Shown here piece after piece: positions 1 to 10,768 of a DNA stretch of 64,000 bases. The notes under the pieces were generated by a model that worked only from the letters and a program-made list of their open reading frames with translations, did no database searches and was not told the DNA's origin. Position numbers and translations under genes: made by a program. Positions within the stretch are counted from its first letter, which is position 1. Each line of letters begins with the position of its first letter. The stretch is taken from the sequence record SRR20825019_97. One strand, 5' to 3'.

Positions 1-729
<729 letters not shown>

Positions 730-789
730 TCAGTTCCGGCTGCCTTGAAAGTTGCCCCGGAGTCCCGGTGCGCCGCCTGTTTACTGGCT

Positions 790-817
790 ATATTGGCGCT
801 TTAATCTGCTTTTCAAG
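790..817 (-). promoter_or_regulatory. Putative sigma32 promoter for dnaK
   Basis: Minus strand CTTGAAA-N13-GCCAATAT versus RpoH consensus CTTGAA-N13-17-CCCCATNT; the -35 overlaps the grpE stop codon. Confidence 0.55.
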
Positions 818-1418
818 CCTGCTCGTCGATTTTTGGCGCGTCTTCAGCCTTGGCGACCACCACCATCGCGGGACGAACAAGGCGATCGTTCAGGGTGTAG
901 CCCTTCTGGACCACAGCCACCACACTGTTGGGCTCGGCATCAGGTGCCGGCACCATGGACATGGCCTCGTGCTGCTGGGGATCAAACGGCTCACCCACGG
1001 GGTTAAGCTGAACCACATTGAACTTGCCTAGACTCCCCATGAACAGATTAAGAGTCATCTCGACCCCTTCACGAATAGAGGCCACCAGTTCGCCGGCACT
1101 TTCATGCCCCTCTGTGCTTTCAACCGCCTTTTCCAGACTGTCAGCGACCGGCAGAAGCTCCTTCACAAACTTCTCCAGCGCGAATTTGTGGGCTTTCTCC
1201 ACATCGATCTCAGCGCGACGGCGAACATTCTGCATCTCCGCCTGGGAACGCAACATCTGCTCCTGAAACTCCTGCGCCTGGGCCTTCAGGGCCTCAACTT
1301 CGCTTTCCGGAGCGGCTTCGGCACTGTCTTCCGTCGCCGTTTCTTCCTCGGGAGCGGCTTCCGCAGTGTCTTTCAACTCTTCTTCCACCTGTTCGTTACG
1401 ATTCTCGTCAGCGCTCAT
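813..1418 (-). CDS. grpE: Nucleotide exchange factor GrpE
   Basis: Acidic N-terminus; [28 protein letters not shown] and [18 protein letters not shown] motifs. Confidence 0.98.
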   Translation of the reverse strand: MSADENRNEQVEEELKDTAEAAPEEETATEDSAEAAPESEVEALKAQAQEFQEQMLRSQAEMQNVRRRAEIDVEKAHKFALEKFVKELLPVADSLEKAVESTEGHESAGELVASIREGVEMTLNLFMGSLGKFNVVQLNPVGEPFDPQQHEAMSMVPAPDAEPNSVVAVVQKGYTLNDRLVRPAMVVVAKAEDAPKIDEQA

Positions 1419-1513
1419 GACTACTCCTGCTTGATCGTCGGCGGCCAGACGACCGGCCGGTTAACGTTTGGTTTCCGACCGCCATGGGCCGAAAAAAACA
1501 TGTTTGCGAACGG

Positions 1514-1540
1514 ATATGGGGCCCGTATCGGATGTTTCAA
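1514..1540 (-). promoter_or_regulatory. sigma32 (RpoH) promoter of grpE-dnaK
   Basis: Minus strand TTGAAA-catccgatacggg-CCCCATAT, a near-perfect RpoH consensus. Confidence 0.85.
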
Positions 1541-1600
1541 CCGTTGCGCACCTCATTCATTCACAAATTCGCCAGCCGATGTTTGCAAACAGCAAAAACC

Positions 1601-1635
1601 CTGTATATATTCACAGTCACTGTATGTAATCACAG
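1601..1635. promoter_or_regulatory. Two tandem LexA (SOS) boxes upstream of recN
   Basis: CTGTATATATTCACAG (1601-1616) and CTGTATGTAATCACAG (1620-1635), both CTG-N10-CAG. Confidence 0.92.
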
Positions 1636-1664
1636 TATTCAGGAATTGAGCGGAGGACCTCTGC

Positions 1665-3344
1665 ATGCTCACACAGCTCACTGTTTCCAATTACGCCATT
1701 GCCGAGCGGGTCGAACTTCAGTTTGGAAAGGGTATGACGGCGCTGACCGGAGAGACCGGTGCCGGCAAATCCATTGTCCTGGACGCCCTCGGCCTTGCCA
1801 TGGGCGGGCGCGCCGACGCTGGCGCCGTACGCCATGGCGCCAAACGCGCCGATATTACCGCTACTTTCGACGTGTCCCGCATTGCCGAGGCCCGGCAATG
1901 GCTGGAAAACCATGAGCTCGACGATGACAACGAATGCATCCTGCGCCGAGTGATCAGCAAGGATGGCCGCTCTCGCGCCTACATCAACGGCCAGCCCTGC
2001 CCCCTTGCCCACCTGAAAGATCTGGGCAGCGCCTTGATGGACATCCACAGCCAGCACCAGCACCAGTCCCTGCTGCGCAAGGAGACCCACCGCAAACTGC
2101 TGGACGAGTTCGCTGGCGCAGAAGCGTTGGGAGAGCAAACCAGGGATGCATGGAAAGCCTGGCACAAAACCCGCCAGCGGCTGACCGAACGCCAGCAGAA
2201 TGCCGATGAGACAGAAGCCCGCCTGCAGCTACTGCGCTACCAGGTAGAAGAACTGGATCGCCTGGCGCTGGAAGACGGAGAGCAGGCAGAGCTGGAGAAA
2301 GAACAGGAACGGCTCAGCCATGCCGACACGGTGCTACACAACAGCCATCAGGCTACCCTGCTATGCACGGAAGATGAGAATAGCGCAGCGGATCTGGTGC
2401 GCCAGGCTTTACAGCAACTGGAGCAGTTGCCGGTGGAGGTACCGGCACTGACGGAAACCATCCAGATGCTGAATGAAGCCCAGATTCAGATCACCGAGGC
2501 TGGCGACAACCTGCGCCACTTTGTGGAAGATTACGACGCCGACCCAGCCCGACTGGCCGAAGTGGAAGAGCGTCTGAGTGCCATTTACCAGATGGCCCGC
2601 AAGCACCGCATCACACCGGAGACACTCCCGGAATTCCACCAGAGCCTGAGTGCCGAACTGGCATCGCTGGACGACGGCGAGGGCAGCGTTGAGAAGCTGG
2701 AGGCGGAACTGGAAGAACAGCGAAGCCACTTCAATACCCTGGCCACCGAGTTGTCGAACGCACGCCAACAGGCTGCTGCCAACCTCGATCAGCGCATCGC
2801 GGAGGAGCTCGCCCAACTGAGCATGCCAGCGGTCCAGTTCGTAACCCACCTGAGCCGCAACAAAGGCGACGAGCCTGCGCCCCACGGCCTGGAAGACATT
2901 GAATTCCTGGTCAGCGCCAACCCGGGCCAGCCCGCACGTCCGCTAGCCAAGGTAGCCTCGGGTGGCGAACTCTCACGCATCAGCCTGGCCATTCAGGTGG
3001 TGGTTGCGCAAACTTCCACCACACCAACACTGGTCTTTGACGAGGTGGATGTAGGCATTGGTGGCGGCACCGCCGAAGTGGTTGGTCGCTTGCTTCGCAG
3101 CCTGGGCAGTAATGGACAGGTGTTGTGCGTCACGCATCTTGCCCAGGTAGCGGCCCAGTGCCATCAGCACCTGTTCGTCAGCAAGTTTACGGAATCAGAC
3201 GCCACTTACTCGAAGATCGAGTCATTGGACGACAATGGCAGGGTCAGCGAAGTGGCAAGAATGCTCGGTGGTGTGGATATGACCGAACACACCATTGCCC
3301 ATGCCCACGAAATGTTCACGAAAGGCCAGGCTACGCATCACTGA
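1665..3344 (+). CDS. recN: DNA repair protein RecN
   Basis: Walker A TGETGAGKS, long coiled coil, signature ASGGELSRI, Walker B VFDEVDVGIGG. Confidence 0.98.
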   Translation: MLTQLTVSNYAIAERVELQFGKGMTALTGETGAGKSIVLDALGLAMGGRADAGAVRHGAKRADITATFDVSRIAEARQWLENHELDDDNECILRRVISKDGRSRAYINGQPCPLAHLKDLGSALMDIHSQHQHQSLLRKETHRKLLDEFAGAEALGEQTRDAWKAWHKTRQRLTERQQNADETEARLQLLRYQVEELDRLALEDGEQAELEKEQERLSHADTVLHNSHQATLLCTEDENSAADLVRQALQQLEQLPVEVPALTETIQMLNEAQIQITEAGDNLRHFVEDYDADPARLAEVEERLSAIYQMARKHRITPETLPEFHQSLSAELASLDDGEGSVEKLEAELEEQRSHFNTLATELSNARQQAAANLDQRIAEELAQLSMPAVQFVTHLSRNKGDEPAPHGLEDIEFLVSANPGQPARPLAKVASGGELSRISLAIQVVVAQTSTTPTLVFDEVDVGIGGGTAEVVGRLLRSLGSNGQVLCVTHLAQVAAQCHQHLFVSKFTESDATYSKIESLDDNGRVSEVARMLGGVDMTEHTIAHAHEMFTKGQATHH

Positions 3345-3391
3345 ACAGTTTGAAAGGTAAGCGTATTCCCCTCTCGATCCTGAGAGTTGTT

Positions 3392-3427
3392 GGGGCGGGC
3401 TAAAACCCCGCCCCCTTTTTTCTTTTT
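3392..3427 (+). terminator. Rho-independent terminator after recN
   Basis: GGGGCGGG...CCCGCCCC hairpin followed by a long T tract. Confidence 0.8.
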
Positions 3428-3447
3428 CCGGAACAAATCCTGAATGA

Positions 3448-3858
3448 TCAGGATTTGAGGGGTTTGACGTAAAGAATCAGGCTGTGATCGACAATCTCAT
3501 AGCCTCGTTCTTTGGCAATTTTTTGCTGCCGCTCTTCGATCACCTCATCGACGAACTCAATGACCTCGCCGGTCTGAGTGCAGACCATGTGATCATGATG
3601 ATCGTCGCCGGCCATCTCAAATACGGCGTGCCCACCTTCAAAGTTGTGGCGCAGAACCAGGCCAGCTGCCTCAAACTGAGTCAGCACCCGGTAGACGGTT
3701 GCCAGGCCCACGTCATCACCCTGTTCGAGGAGCTTTTTGTACACATCCTCGGCGCTGAGGTGATGCTCCTCGGAGTTCTCCAGAATATTGAAGATCTTCA
3801 CTCTTGGCAGAGTGACTTTAAGACCGACTTTTCGTAATTCGGTGTTTTCGGATGACAT
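3448..3858 (-). CDS. fur: Ferric uptake regulator Fur
   Basis: GLKVTLPR, HLSAEDVY, GLATVYRVLTQFE, HHDHMVC; start taken at the ATG at 3858 (MSSENTEL). Confidence 0.97.
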   Translation of the reverse strand: MSSENTELRKVGLKVTLPRVKIFNILENSEEHHLSAEDVYKKLLEQGDDVGLATVYRVLTQFEAAGLVLRHNFEGGHAVFEMAGDDHHDHMVCTQTGEVIEFVDEVIEERQQKIAKERGYEIVDHSLILYVKPLKS

Positions 3859-3980
3859 GTTACGATTCACTCTTTGGTGTGCCTCACGGCTTCCGGTATG
3901 ATGAAGCCGCATGTTAACGGTCAGACCGTGTCACACCTGCCCCTGGCAGGCGATTTCAAGATAGAGGATTTCCCCCGGCG

Positions 3981-4307
3981 ATGCAAAAGCTCACAGCTCT
4001 CATTCTAACTCTCATCATGGCTGGCTGTGTTTTCCCAGGCGTATACAAGATCAATGTACAACAGGGGAACATACTGACCGACGAAGAGCTGACATCACTG
4101 GCCGAGGGCATGTCCCGCAGCCAGGTCCACTCCTTGCTGGGCACCCCGCTGATGACCAACCCCGCCGATCCGTCCCGGGAGTACTATGTGTATACCTTCC
4201 AGCGCAGTGGTGGCGATATCAAGGAACAACGGGTCATCGTCTACTACGATAACGACCAGTATTCCCATTACGAAGCCCAGCTGCTGGAAGAAACGCCCGC
4301 CTACTGA
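3981..4307 (+). CDS. bamE: Outer membrane assembly lipoprotein BamE (OmlA/SmpA)
   Basis: Lipobox MAGC, YKINVQQGN, GMSRSQV..LLGTP; divergent from fur. Confidence 0.95.
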   Translation: MQKLTALILTLIMAGCVFPGVYKINVQQGNILTDEELTSLAEGMSRSQVHSLLGTPLMTNPADPSREYYVYTFQRSGGDIKEQRVIVYYDNDQYSHYEAQLLEETPAY

Positions 4308-4321
4308 GCCAGCCTCAAGCC

Positions 4322-4603
4322 TTAACCCTTCTTCTTTGCCCGGTTAAGCCGGGCCTGCTTGGGGTCGATCTGCAGCGGCCGGTAAACTTCAACCCGGTCG
4401 CCGTCCCGCAACTCGTGGGCGGACGGATTCTTGATCACCTTACCGAAGATCCCCATATCGCCATTTTCCGGATCGACCTCAGGAAATATGGCAACAATGC
4501 CGGAACGCTTCACAGCCTCCACAGCCGTGGTGCCCTCTTCGACACTCAAGCTAATGATTTCCTGCCTGTCTGGCCTGGCAAAGGCCACCTCAACTCGAAT
4601 CAT
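4322..4603 (-). CDS. ratB: RnfH/RatB family ubiquitin-like protein
   Basis: IRVEVAFA, GIFGK, GDRVEVYRPL..DPK; adjacent to ratA. Confidence 0.9.
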   Translation of the reverse strand: MIRVEVAFARPDRQEIISLSVEEGTTAVEAVKRSGIVAIFPEVDPENGDMGIFGKVIKNPSAHELRDGDRVEVYRPLQIDPKQARLNRAKKKG

Positions 4604-4605
4604 TG

Positions 4606-5046
4606 TTATCCCCCGAGATACACCTGGTCTGCGCGACGGCAGAACGCGTCCACCATGGTATTCGCAGCCTGATTGAAGACCGGCCCGAACGTCATCCTCG
4701 ACAAGGATCCGGAAAACTCAAATTCCAGCGTGAGAATCACCTTGCAGGCGTTATTCTGCAGGGGCTTAAACTGCCAACGACCGCTAAGGTTACGGAAAGG
4801 GCCATCCACCAGGCTCATTTCAATGGTATGCGGCAGGTACAGCTGGTTGCGCGTGGTCAGCCGGTGACGGATACCACCTTTGGCGATATCCATGGATGCC
4901 ATGATTTCGTGGTCTGTCTGCTCGTGCACCTGGCTGGCTGAACACCAGGGAAGAAAATCGGGGTAGCTGGCAACATCGTTGACCAGGTGGAACATGCGTT
5001 CCGCCGAGTGCATAACCAGCGCGGTCTTGTCGATCTGATGGGGCAT
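4606..5046 (-). CDS. ratA: RatA/PasT (Coq10-like START-domain) protein
   Basis: MFHLVNDVASYPDFLPWC, LVDGPFRNLSGRWQF, MVDAFCRRA. Confidence 0.93.
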   Translation of the reverse strand: MPHQIDKTALVMHSAERMFHLVNDVASYPDFLPWCSASQVHEQTDHEIMASMDIAKGGIRHRLTTRNQLYLPHTIEMSLVDGPFRNLSGRWQFKPLQNNACKVILTLEFEFSGSLSRMTFGPVFNQAANTMVDAFCRRADQVYLGG

Positions 5047-5127
5047 TGGAACCGGACGTCCTGCTTGCGAATACTCTTGAGTTGAAGACCCTGCAAAGGG
5101 GGAGCCCCTTTAATCGGGACGCCAATA

Positions 5128-6753
5128 TCAGACGCTATGATAAAGGATATCACCGTTGTTGGGGTCACTTTCCTGCCCAGCCGGGCCATTCTTACCGCTC
5201 TTCTCTCCTGGCTCGCCTGGCTCGCCCGGATTGATCTCTTGCTCGCCACCCCCACCGGCATCACCGGCTTCATTGTTGGAATCACCCGCATCGGGGGCAG
5301 CTGGCGTCATTGAGCTTGGCGCCAACTCTACGGTAGGTTCGCACCACAATCCGTTGCTACCGCTGTCGCACAACGCCACCAGCGACGTGGCGGTGTACTG
5401 CAGGCCGATATACGCCACCACCAGCGGCAAGATCAAGCGCATCACCCAGAACCATATACGGCCAATCAGGCGTGGTGCCTTTCCCAGTATGGTGAAGGTC
5501 AGATTTCGGGTCAGGTACCAGCCCGCGAAGACAGATATCAGGATACTCACCAGCGGAATCAGCAGGCCACCCGTGATCAGCTCAAGCCAGCGGAACAAGG
5601 TGCCCCCGGCGAAACGCTCGTCGGACCATAGATTGAAGGACAGCAACGACCCAAGCCCCGCCAGCCAGACTGAGCTGCCCATCAGAAAGGCGGACAAGCC
5701 CCTTGGTGCGCCTGTCCACTCCTGAAACCAACCGACCACCGGCTCAAGCAATGAAAGAGACGTCGTCCACACAATCATCACGATGACCAGGAACACGGCC
5801 GCCACCAGAAACTGACTGCCCGGCAGATCCGCCAGGGCCACCGGCAGCGACAGGAAAAGCAGCCCGAACCCGCGCTCACCTTCCATGGAATGGCCATCGG
5901 GCGCCAACGAATAAATCGCCAACCCGGCCCCGATGGCGATCAGGGTGTCCATCAACACCACAGCCAGCACGGAACGCTTAAGGCGAGTGTCCGCGGGTGT
6001 ATAGGCACCGAACAGGGTCCACACGCCCATTCCGAGCCCAAGAGTGAAAAACGCGTGAAACAACGCCGCCCGCAAACTGTCCAGGGTCACGTCGGCGGGG
6101 CGGAAATCCAGCAGGAAGTTTGACGCGCTGCGGAAATCCCCACTCCAGGCGGCCAGACCGCAGAGCGCCAGCAGAATCAGCATCATCGCCGGCGCCACCA
6201 CCCGTACTGCACGCTCGACACCGTCCACCACGCCCTGCATCGACACCCACACCACCAGCAACAGGAAGAATCCGTGCCAGCCCATGAACACGCGATAGTC
6301 CCGCGAGTCCGACACCAACGCGGAGAGGATACCTGCGGCTTCAGCCTCGCCGGCGCCAATAAACCGGCCCATGGCTCCGTAGAATACGTAGGCCAGAGCG
6401 ATGGCACCGAAAACAGCCGTAAAGGAAAGCACCAGAAAAGCCGCCAACACCCCCAGACGACCAGCCCACATCCACGCCCGGGACCGTCGCGCGCTGCGAA
6501 CGAAACCATCCATCGCCAGCACCAAGCCATGGCGGGCGTATCTTCCCATCGCGGATTCGGTGACCATCAACGGCAGCGTGACCAGCAACAGGCACGCCAG
6601 GTACAGCAATATGAACAACCCGCCGCCATGCTGGCCGGCCAGGTAGGGAAACTGCCACACGTTCGCGAGGCCAAAGGTTGCCCCGGTCGCGGCCCAGAAA
6701 AAAGTGGTTGGCCGGGTCCACGACCCGATTGGTGTTTCGTATGGAGTAGGCAT
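5128..6753 (-). CDS. Sodium-dependent transporter, SNF/NSS family
   Basis: GLANVWQFPY..GQHGGGLF motif, about 11-12 hydrophobic segments, AFFTLGLGMG; acidic low-complexity C-terminal tail. Start position uncertain. Confidence 0.88.
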   Translation of the reverse strand: MPTPYETPIGSWTRPTTFFWAATGATFGLANVWQFPYLAGQHGGGLFILLYLACLLLVTLPLMVTESAMGRYARHGLVLAMDGFVRSARRSRAWMWAGRLGVLAAFLVLSFTAVFGAIALAYVFYGAMGRFIGAGEAEAAGILSALVSDSRDYRVFMGWHGFFLLLVVWVSMQGVVDGVERAVRVVAPAMMLILLALCGLAAWSGDFRSASNFLLDFRPADVTLDSLRAALFHAFFTLGLGMGVWTLFGAYTPADTRLKRSVLAVVLMDTLIAIGAGLAIYSLAPDGHSMEGERGFGLLFLSLPVALADLPGSQFLVAAVFLVIVMIVWTTSLSLLEPVVGWFQEWTGAPRGLSAFLMGSSVWLAGLGSLLSFNLWSDERFAGGTLFRWLELITGGLLIPLVSILISVFAGWYLTRNLTFTILGKAPRLIGRIWFWVMRLILPLVVAYIGLQYTATSLVALCDSGSNGLWCEPTVELAPSSMTPAAPDAGDSNNEAGDAGGGGEQEINPGEPGEPGEKSGKNGPAGQESDPNNGDILYHSV

Positions 6754-6932
6754 TCCATTCCCTGACGACATCTCAGCGCACATTGTAGCGGAGGAATCAC
6801 AACCCATACGACCATCGACTCAGTCAATCGCGCCGATTTCGTGACCAGTCTGGTACTACTGGGCTACAATGCGCGCTTTTCCGGCACGATTACGCACGGT
6901 AAATTTTCTGTCCGACTCCGGATCAACGATTC

Positions 6933-7412
6933 ATGAGCAAGAAGAAACCCGGCGCACCGAGCGCCACCATTGCCTTGAACAAAAAGGCAAAACACGAGTA
7001 CCACATCGAGGAACGCTTTGAGGCGGGCCTGGCCCTGCTCGGATGGGAAGTAAAATCCATCCGTGCCGGCAAAGCGCAGCTCACCGATGCCTACGTGCTG
7101 CTTAAGGACGGAGAGGCCTGGCTGCTGGGATCCCACATCATCCCGCTCACCGCCGCCTCAACCCACGTTATCGCGGACCCGACCCGGACCCGCAAACTGC
7201 TGCTGCACGCCAAGGAAATTGCCAAGATCGTCGGCAAGGTTAACCAGGCAGGCCATACCTGCATTCCGCTGGCCATGTACTGGAAGAAGAACAAGGTGAA
7301 ATGCGAAATTGCCCTGGTGAAAGGCAAGAAGCTCTTCGACAAGCGTGCCACCGAGAAAGAACGGGACTGGAACCGCCAGAAACAACGCATCCTCCGCGAA
7401 ACCAACGTCTGA
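6933..7412 (+). CDS. smpB: SsrA-binding protein SmpB
   Basis: [38 protein letters not shown]. Confidence 0.98.
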   Translation: MSKKKPGAPSATIALNKKAKHEYHIEERFEAGLALLGWEVKSIRAGKAQLTDAYVLLKDGEAWLLGSHIIPLTAASTHVIADPTRTRKLLLHAKEIAKIVGKVNQAGHTCIPLAMYWKKNKVKCEIALVKGKKLFDKRATEKERDWNRQKQRILRETNV

Positions 7413-7575
7413 TCCGCTGGCCGGGCCCCAGGCCCGGCGTCTTCTCCCCGCATTTTATGTCGCATCTGCATCCTCTTTTAGCCCCTCTCTGATCAGCCTA
7501 TACTCGATCCCTTACCCCAATCCGCATACGGACAGCGGCCACCCAGGGACAGACGGGAACCAAAGGGAGCAAGTG

Positions 7576-8994
7576 ATGACACGCCGACAAACACCCATGT
7601 CTGCAGTAGATCGCTCGTGGCTACGCATGGAATGCCCCGAGAACCCGATGATGATTTCAGCGGTGCTGGTGTTTGATCAGCCCATTGCCCTCAAGCGCCT
7701 CAAGCGCACGCTCGACGAACGCTTTCTCACCTTCCGGCGTTTTCGACAGCGCGTCGTCACCGAAGGCGACCGCACGTACTGGCAGGACGACCCACTCTTT
7801 CATATCGACAACCATATTCACGTTCTTGCCCTTCCCGGCGATGGCGGCAAACAGGAGCTGCAAACACTGACCAGCGACCTGACCAGCACCTCGCTGGATT
7901 TCCGTCGCCCGCTCTGGCAAATCCACTATATCGAGAACTATCAGGGTGGCTGTGCCCTGCTGGTTCGCATCCATCACTGCATTGCTGACGGCATTTCACT
8001 GGTGCGTGTGCTGCTTTCGCTGACCGACAACTCCCCGGAACCGAGACTCAGCCGGGTATCGACATCCAGCCAATCCAAGACCCATGCACCTCAAGGTCTA
8101 CGACAGCTCGCCAGCCGGGCTTTGCATAATGGACAAACCGCCATCGACCAGGCAGGCCTGTTTCTGAAGTCCATCCGCAACGAGCCGGGCTACCCGTTCA
8201 AACTGGCCACTACCGCGGGCAACATCGCCGTCGACCTGCTCAAGCTGGGCCTCTCCCCGGCGGAACCAGACACCTGCCTGAAAACACCCCTGAGCGGTCG
8301 CAAGCATGTCGCCTGGGCCGACCCGCTGAGTCTCGCCGAAGTGAAGGTGTGCGCCAGAGCCCTGCGCGGCACCGCCAACGATGTGCTGCTGTGTGCCGCC
8401 GCCGGCGCGTTGCAACGGCATTTTTTAGCCACCGGCGAGGCCACGCCGGAATGCGGCGTTCGCGTTGCCGTACCGTTTAACCTGCGCCCGATGCGACAGC
8501 CGATCGAAACCCTGGGCAACCAGTTCGGGCTGGTGCTGGTCACCCTGCCCGTGGAGGAGACCGATCCGATCATGCGGTTCCGCCAGGTTCAGGAAAACAT
8601 GAACCGCCTCAAACGCTCCTACCAGGCTCAGGTAACCTACAGCCTGCTGGACCTGTTCGGGCGCGGCCCGGATGTTCTTGAGCGGCGGGCGCTCTCCATG
8701 CTCAGCAATAAGGCCTCTGCGGTACTCACTAACGTGCCGGGCCCAAAAGAACCTGTATATTTGGCGGGAGCAAAGCTCACCCAACCTATGTTCTGGGTGC
8801 CCCAAAGCGGCAATATCGGCATCGGTTTGAGCATATTCAGCTACGCCGGCACGGTGCAATTCGGCATCACCATCGACAAGAACATCAAGGCCGACCCGGC
8901 TAGTGTGATGGGGCATTTCCGCGACAGCTTTGCCGAACTCCTGGACGCCGCGCTGCACAACTGCGAACAGAACACCGCCCGGGCCGCCAGTTGA
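7576..8994 (+). CDS. Wax ester synthase / diacylglycerol acyltransferase (WS/DGAT)
   Basis: Catalytic HHCIADG (HHxxxDG), PLWQIH, NDVLL, TNVPGP; start at ATG 7576 after a GGAG SD. Confidence 0.93.
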   Translation: MTRRQTPMSAVDRSWLRMECPENPMMISAVLVFDQPIALKRLKRTLDERFLTFRRFRQRVVTEGDRTYWQDDPLFHIDNHIHVLALPGDGGKQELQTLTSDLTSTSLDFRRPLWQIHYIENYQGGCALLVRIHHCIADGISLVRVLLSLTDNSPEPRLSRVSTSSQSKTHAPQGLRQLASRALHNGQTAIDQAGLFLKSIRNEPGYPFKLATTAGNIAVDLLKLGLSPAEPDTCLKTPLSGRKHVAWADPLSLAEVKVCARALRGTANDVLLCAAAGALQRHFLATGEATPECGVRVAVPFNLRPMRQPIETLGNQFGLVLVTLPVEETDPIMRFRQVQENMNRLKRSYQAQVTYSLLDLFGRGPDVLERRALSMLSNKASAVLTNVPGPKEPVYLAGAKLTQPMFWVPQSGNIGIGLSIFSYAGTVQFGITIDKNIKADPASVMGHFRDSFAELLDAALHNCEQNTARAAS

Positions 8995-9079
8995 TAGGTA
9001 CAACTGACCACCCGACACCACAAAACAAAACCAGGAAAACCTTGAAGTTGGCGGAAGCAGCCACATATACTGTCGGTAA

Positions 9080-9444
9080 GGGGACGACATGGCTTCGACG
9101 CCGGTGGCGAACCCTTGGGTGCATGTCGAGATGGCAGCCAATCTCGTTAATCCAAAGCTGCAACGCAATAGTCGCAAACGACGAAAACTACGCACTAGCA
9201 GCGTAAGCTGCTAGTCGTCCTGACCGGGTCGCCCGTAGCCCGGAAGCAACATCTCAGGACGTCATCGCTTACGGGATGCTCCGTTTTCCAGAGTTCACTG
9301 GCTAACGGCTAAGATCTAAAGAACTCGGTTCTTGCACCCTGGCTCTCGGGTCGCTTGAACTTAAATCAATAGAGAGACGCTAAACATGTAGACCTCAAGG
9401 CTGAGTACTGGCGGACGCGGGTTCAATTCCCGCCGTCTCCACCA
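9080..9444 (+). ncRNA. ssrA: tmRNA (SsrA)
   Basis: 5' GGGGACG pairs with 3' CGTCTCC-ACCA; T-arm GGTTCAATTCC; tag frame ANDENYALAA* at 9174-9206. Confidence 0.98.
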
Positions 9445-9452
9445 ACCAACCG

Positions 9453-9482
9453 AAAAAAGCCCCTGATTTCAGGGGCTTTTTT
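9453..9482. terminator. Bidirectional terminator between ssrA and the MgtC-family gene
   Basis: AAAAAAGCCCCTGA-tt-TCAGGGGCTTTTTT. Confidence 0.88.
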
Positions 9483-9978
9483 CGTTATCAGACTCCCGAA
9501 CTTCCACAGGCTTGGTTGTCTGCCCATCTTCAACCACAGGCTCACCGGTCACCGACCGCACCAGCCTTCCCATGTAGCGCAGCGTGAAGAAGTTCAGGGC
9601 GCTCAGGGCTATGGCAATCTCAAGGTGATGGTACGCAACAGCCACACCGATCGCGCCACAGTTCCAGATACTCGCGGCGGTGGCGGTGCCGATTACGCGG
9701 CTGTCGTCCTTGAGGATGGCGCCGCCGCCAATGAAACCGATGCCGGTGACAATGCCTTGCAGTACGCGGCCCTGTTCGCCCGGGGAGTCGATGACGGCTC
9801 GACCAACGAGCATGAAGCCACATGAAACCACGGCCACCAGCGGGAAGGTTCTCAGGCCGATCCTGGGCCCCTGCTCTTCCCGGTCGAAACCGATGGGGAA
9901 CGCCAGCAGGTAGGCAATGGCCATCAACAGCAGGTGGTTGAGGGTGAGCATCCAGTCAACGTTGAGCAAGTCTGCCAT
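9469..9978 (-). CDS. MgtC/SapB family membrane protein
   Basis: IGFDRE, GLRTFPLV, GIVTGIGFIGGGAIL, TATAASIW. Confidence 0.92.
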   Translation of the reverse strand: MADLLNVDWMLTLNHLLLMAIAYLLAFPIGFDREEQGPRIGLRTFPLVAVVSCGFMLVGRAVIDSPGEQGRVLQGIVTGIGFIGGGAILKDDSRVIGTATAASIWNCGAIGVAVAYHHLEIAIALSALNFFTLRYMGRLVRSVTGEPVVEDGQTTKPVEVRESDNEKSP

Positions 9979-10159
9979 GGGGATTTCCGGGTTTTGAAGT
10001 TTTTGTTATCGCTGGATCGAGATTAGTCCTGGTCTGCAAAGGCTTCAATTGTTTCCGCTTCTGTTCGGCCACAATCGCTGTTTTCCGATTATCGGGAATG
10101 GTAGGTTTTAAAGGCCGGATTTGGCAGACGTTACCCTGATTCGAGGAAGAGCCCTATCT

Positions 10160-10756
10160 ATGCGCAATAATGGCGACCCTACCAACATGCAACAACTGCT
10201 GGAGCAGATTCGCGAGTCGGCGGCCGGGGCCGGGCGAGTGTCGGTGAACGATATCCTGAATGGCGTGGGGGAACGTTCGTTCGGGCCCGTGGTGCTCGTA
10301 GCAGGGCTGATCACCCTGGCGCCGTTGATCGGTGACATTCCCGGCGTTCCAACCATTCTGGGGCTGGTGGTTCTGCTGACGCTGGGGCAACTGTTGTTCC
10401 ACAGACACACCATCTGGATGCCGTCCTGGATTTCCCAGCGCTCTGTGCCCCAAGACAAGCTCTTGAAGGGACTGGACTGGCTGCAAAAACCGGCTCGTTT
10501 TCTGGATCGCTGGACGGGGCCGCGCCTGGTGTTTCTGGCGGACGGGCCAGGGCTCTACGTGATGGCCATTATCTGCATGTTGGTGGCTCTGGCCATGCCG
10601 GCGATGGAGGTGGTGCCCTTCAGCGCCAATGGTGGCGGCGCTGCGTTGACGGCCTTCGGGCTGGCAATCGTAGCGAGGGACGGGTTGTTGGCGATAGTCG
10701 CAACGTCGCTCACCCTGGTGACCGGCTGGTTTGTGGTTACCGGGCTGGCGGGGTAA
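10160..10756 (+). CDS. ExoD family membrane protein
   Basis: GERSFG, IPGVPTILG, IWMPSW, VPFS...FGLAIVARDG. Confidence 0.88.
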   Translation: MRNNGDPTNMQQLLEQIRESAAGAGRVSVNDILNGVGERSFGPVVLVAGLITLAPLIGDIPGVPTILGLVVLLTLGQLLFHRHTIWMPSWISQRSVPQDKLLKGLDWLQKPARFLDRWTGPRLVFLADGPGLYVMAIICMLVALAMPAMEVVPFSANGGGAALTAFGLAIVARDGLLAIVATSLTLVTGWFVVTGLAG

Positions 10757-10768
10757 TGCTGGATGCGT

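Noticed and set aside
4322-5046. ratA-ratB as a toxin-antitoxin or defence system
   Set aside because: Conserved housekeeping pair near smpB; RatA is a Coq10-like ubiquinone-related protein.
5200-5290. PGEPGEPGE / Gly-rich short repeats in the SNF transporter tail
   Set aside because: Low-complexity coding tail; too short and irregular to be a repeat element.
9420-9490. tmRNA 3' end as a prophage or island attachment site
   Set aside because: No integrase follows, the native terminator is directly adjacent, and I saw no duplicated ssrA 3' fragment in the window.
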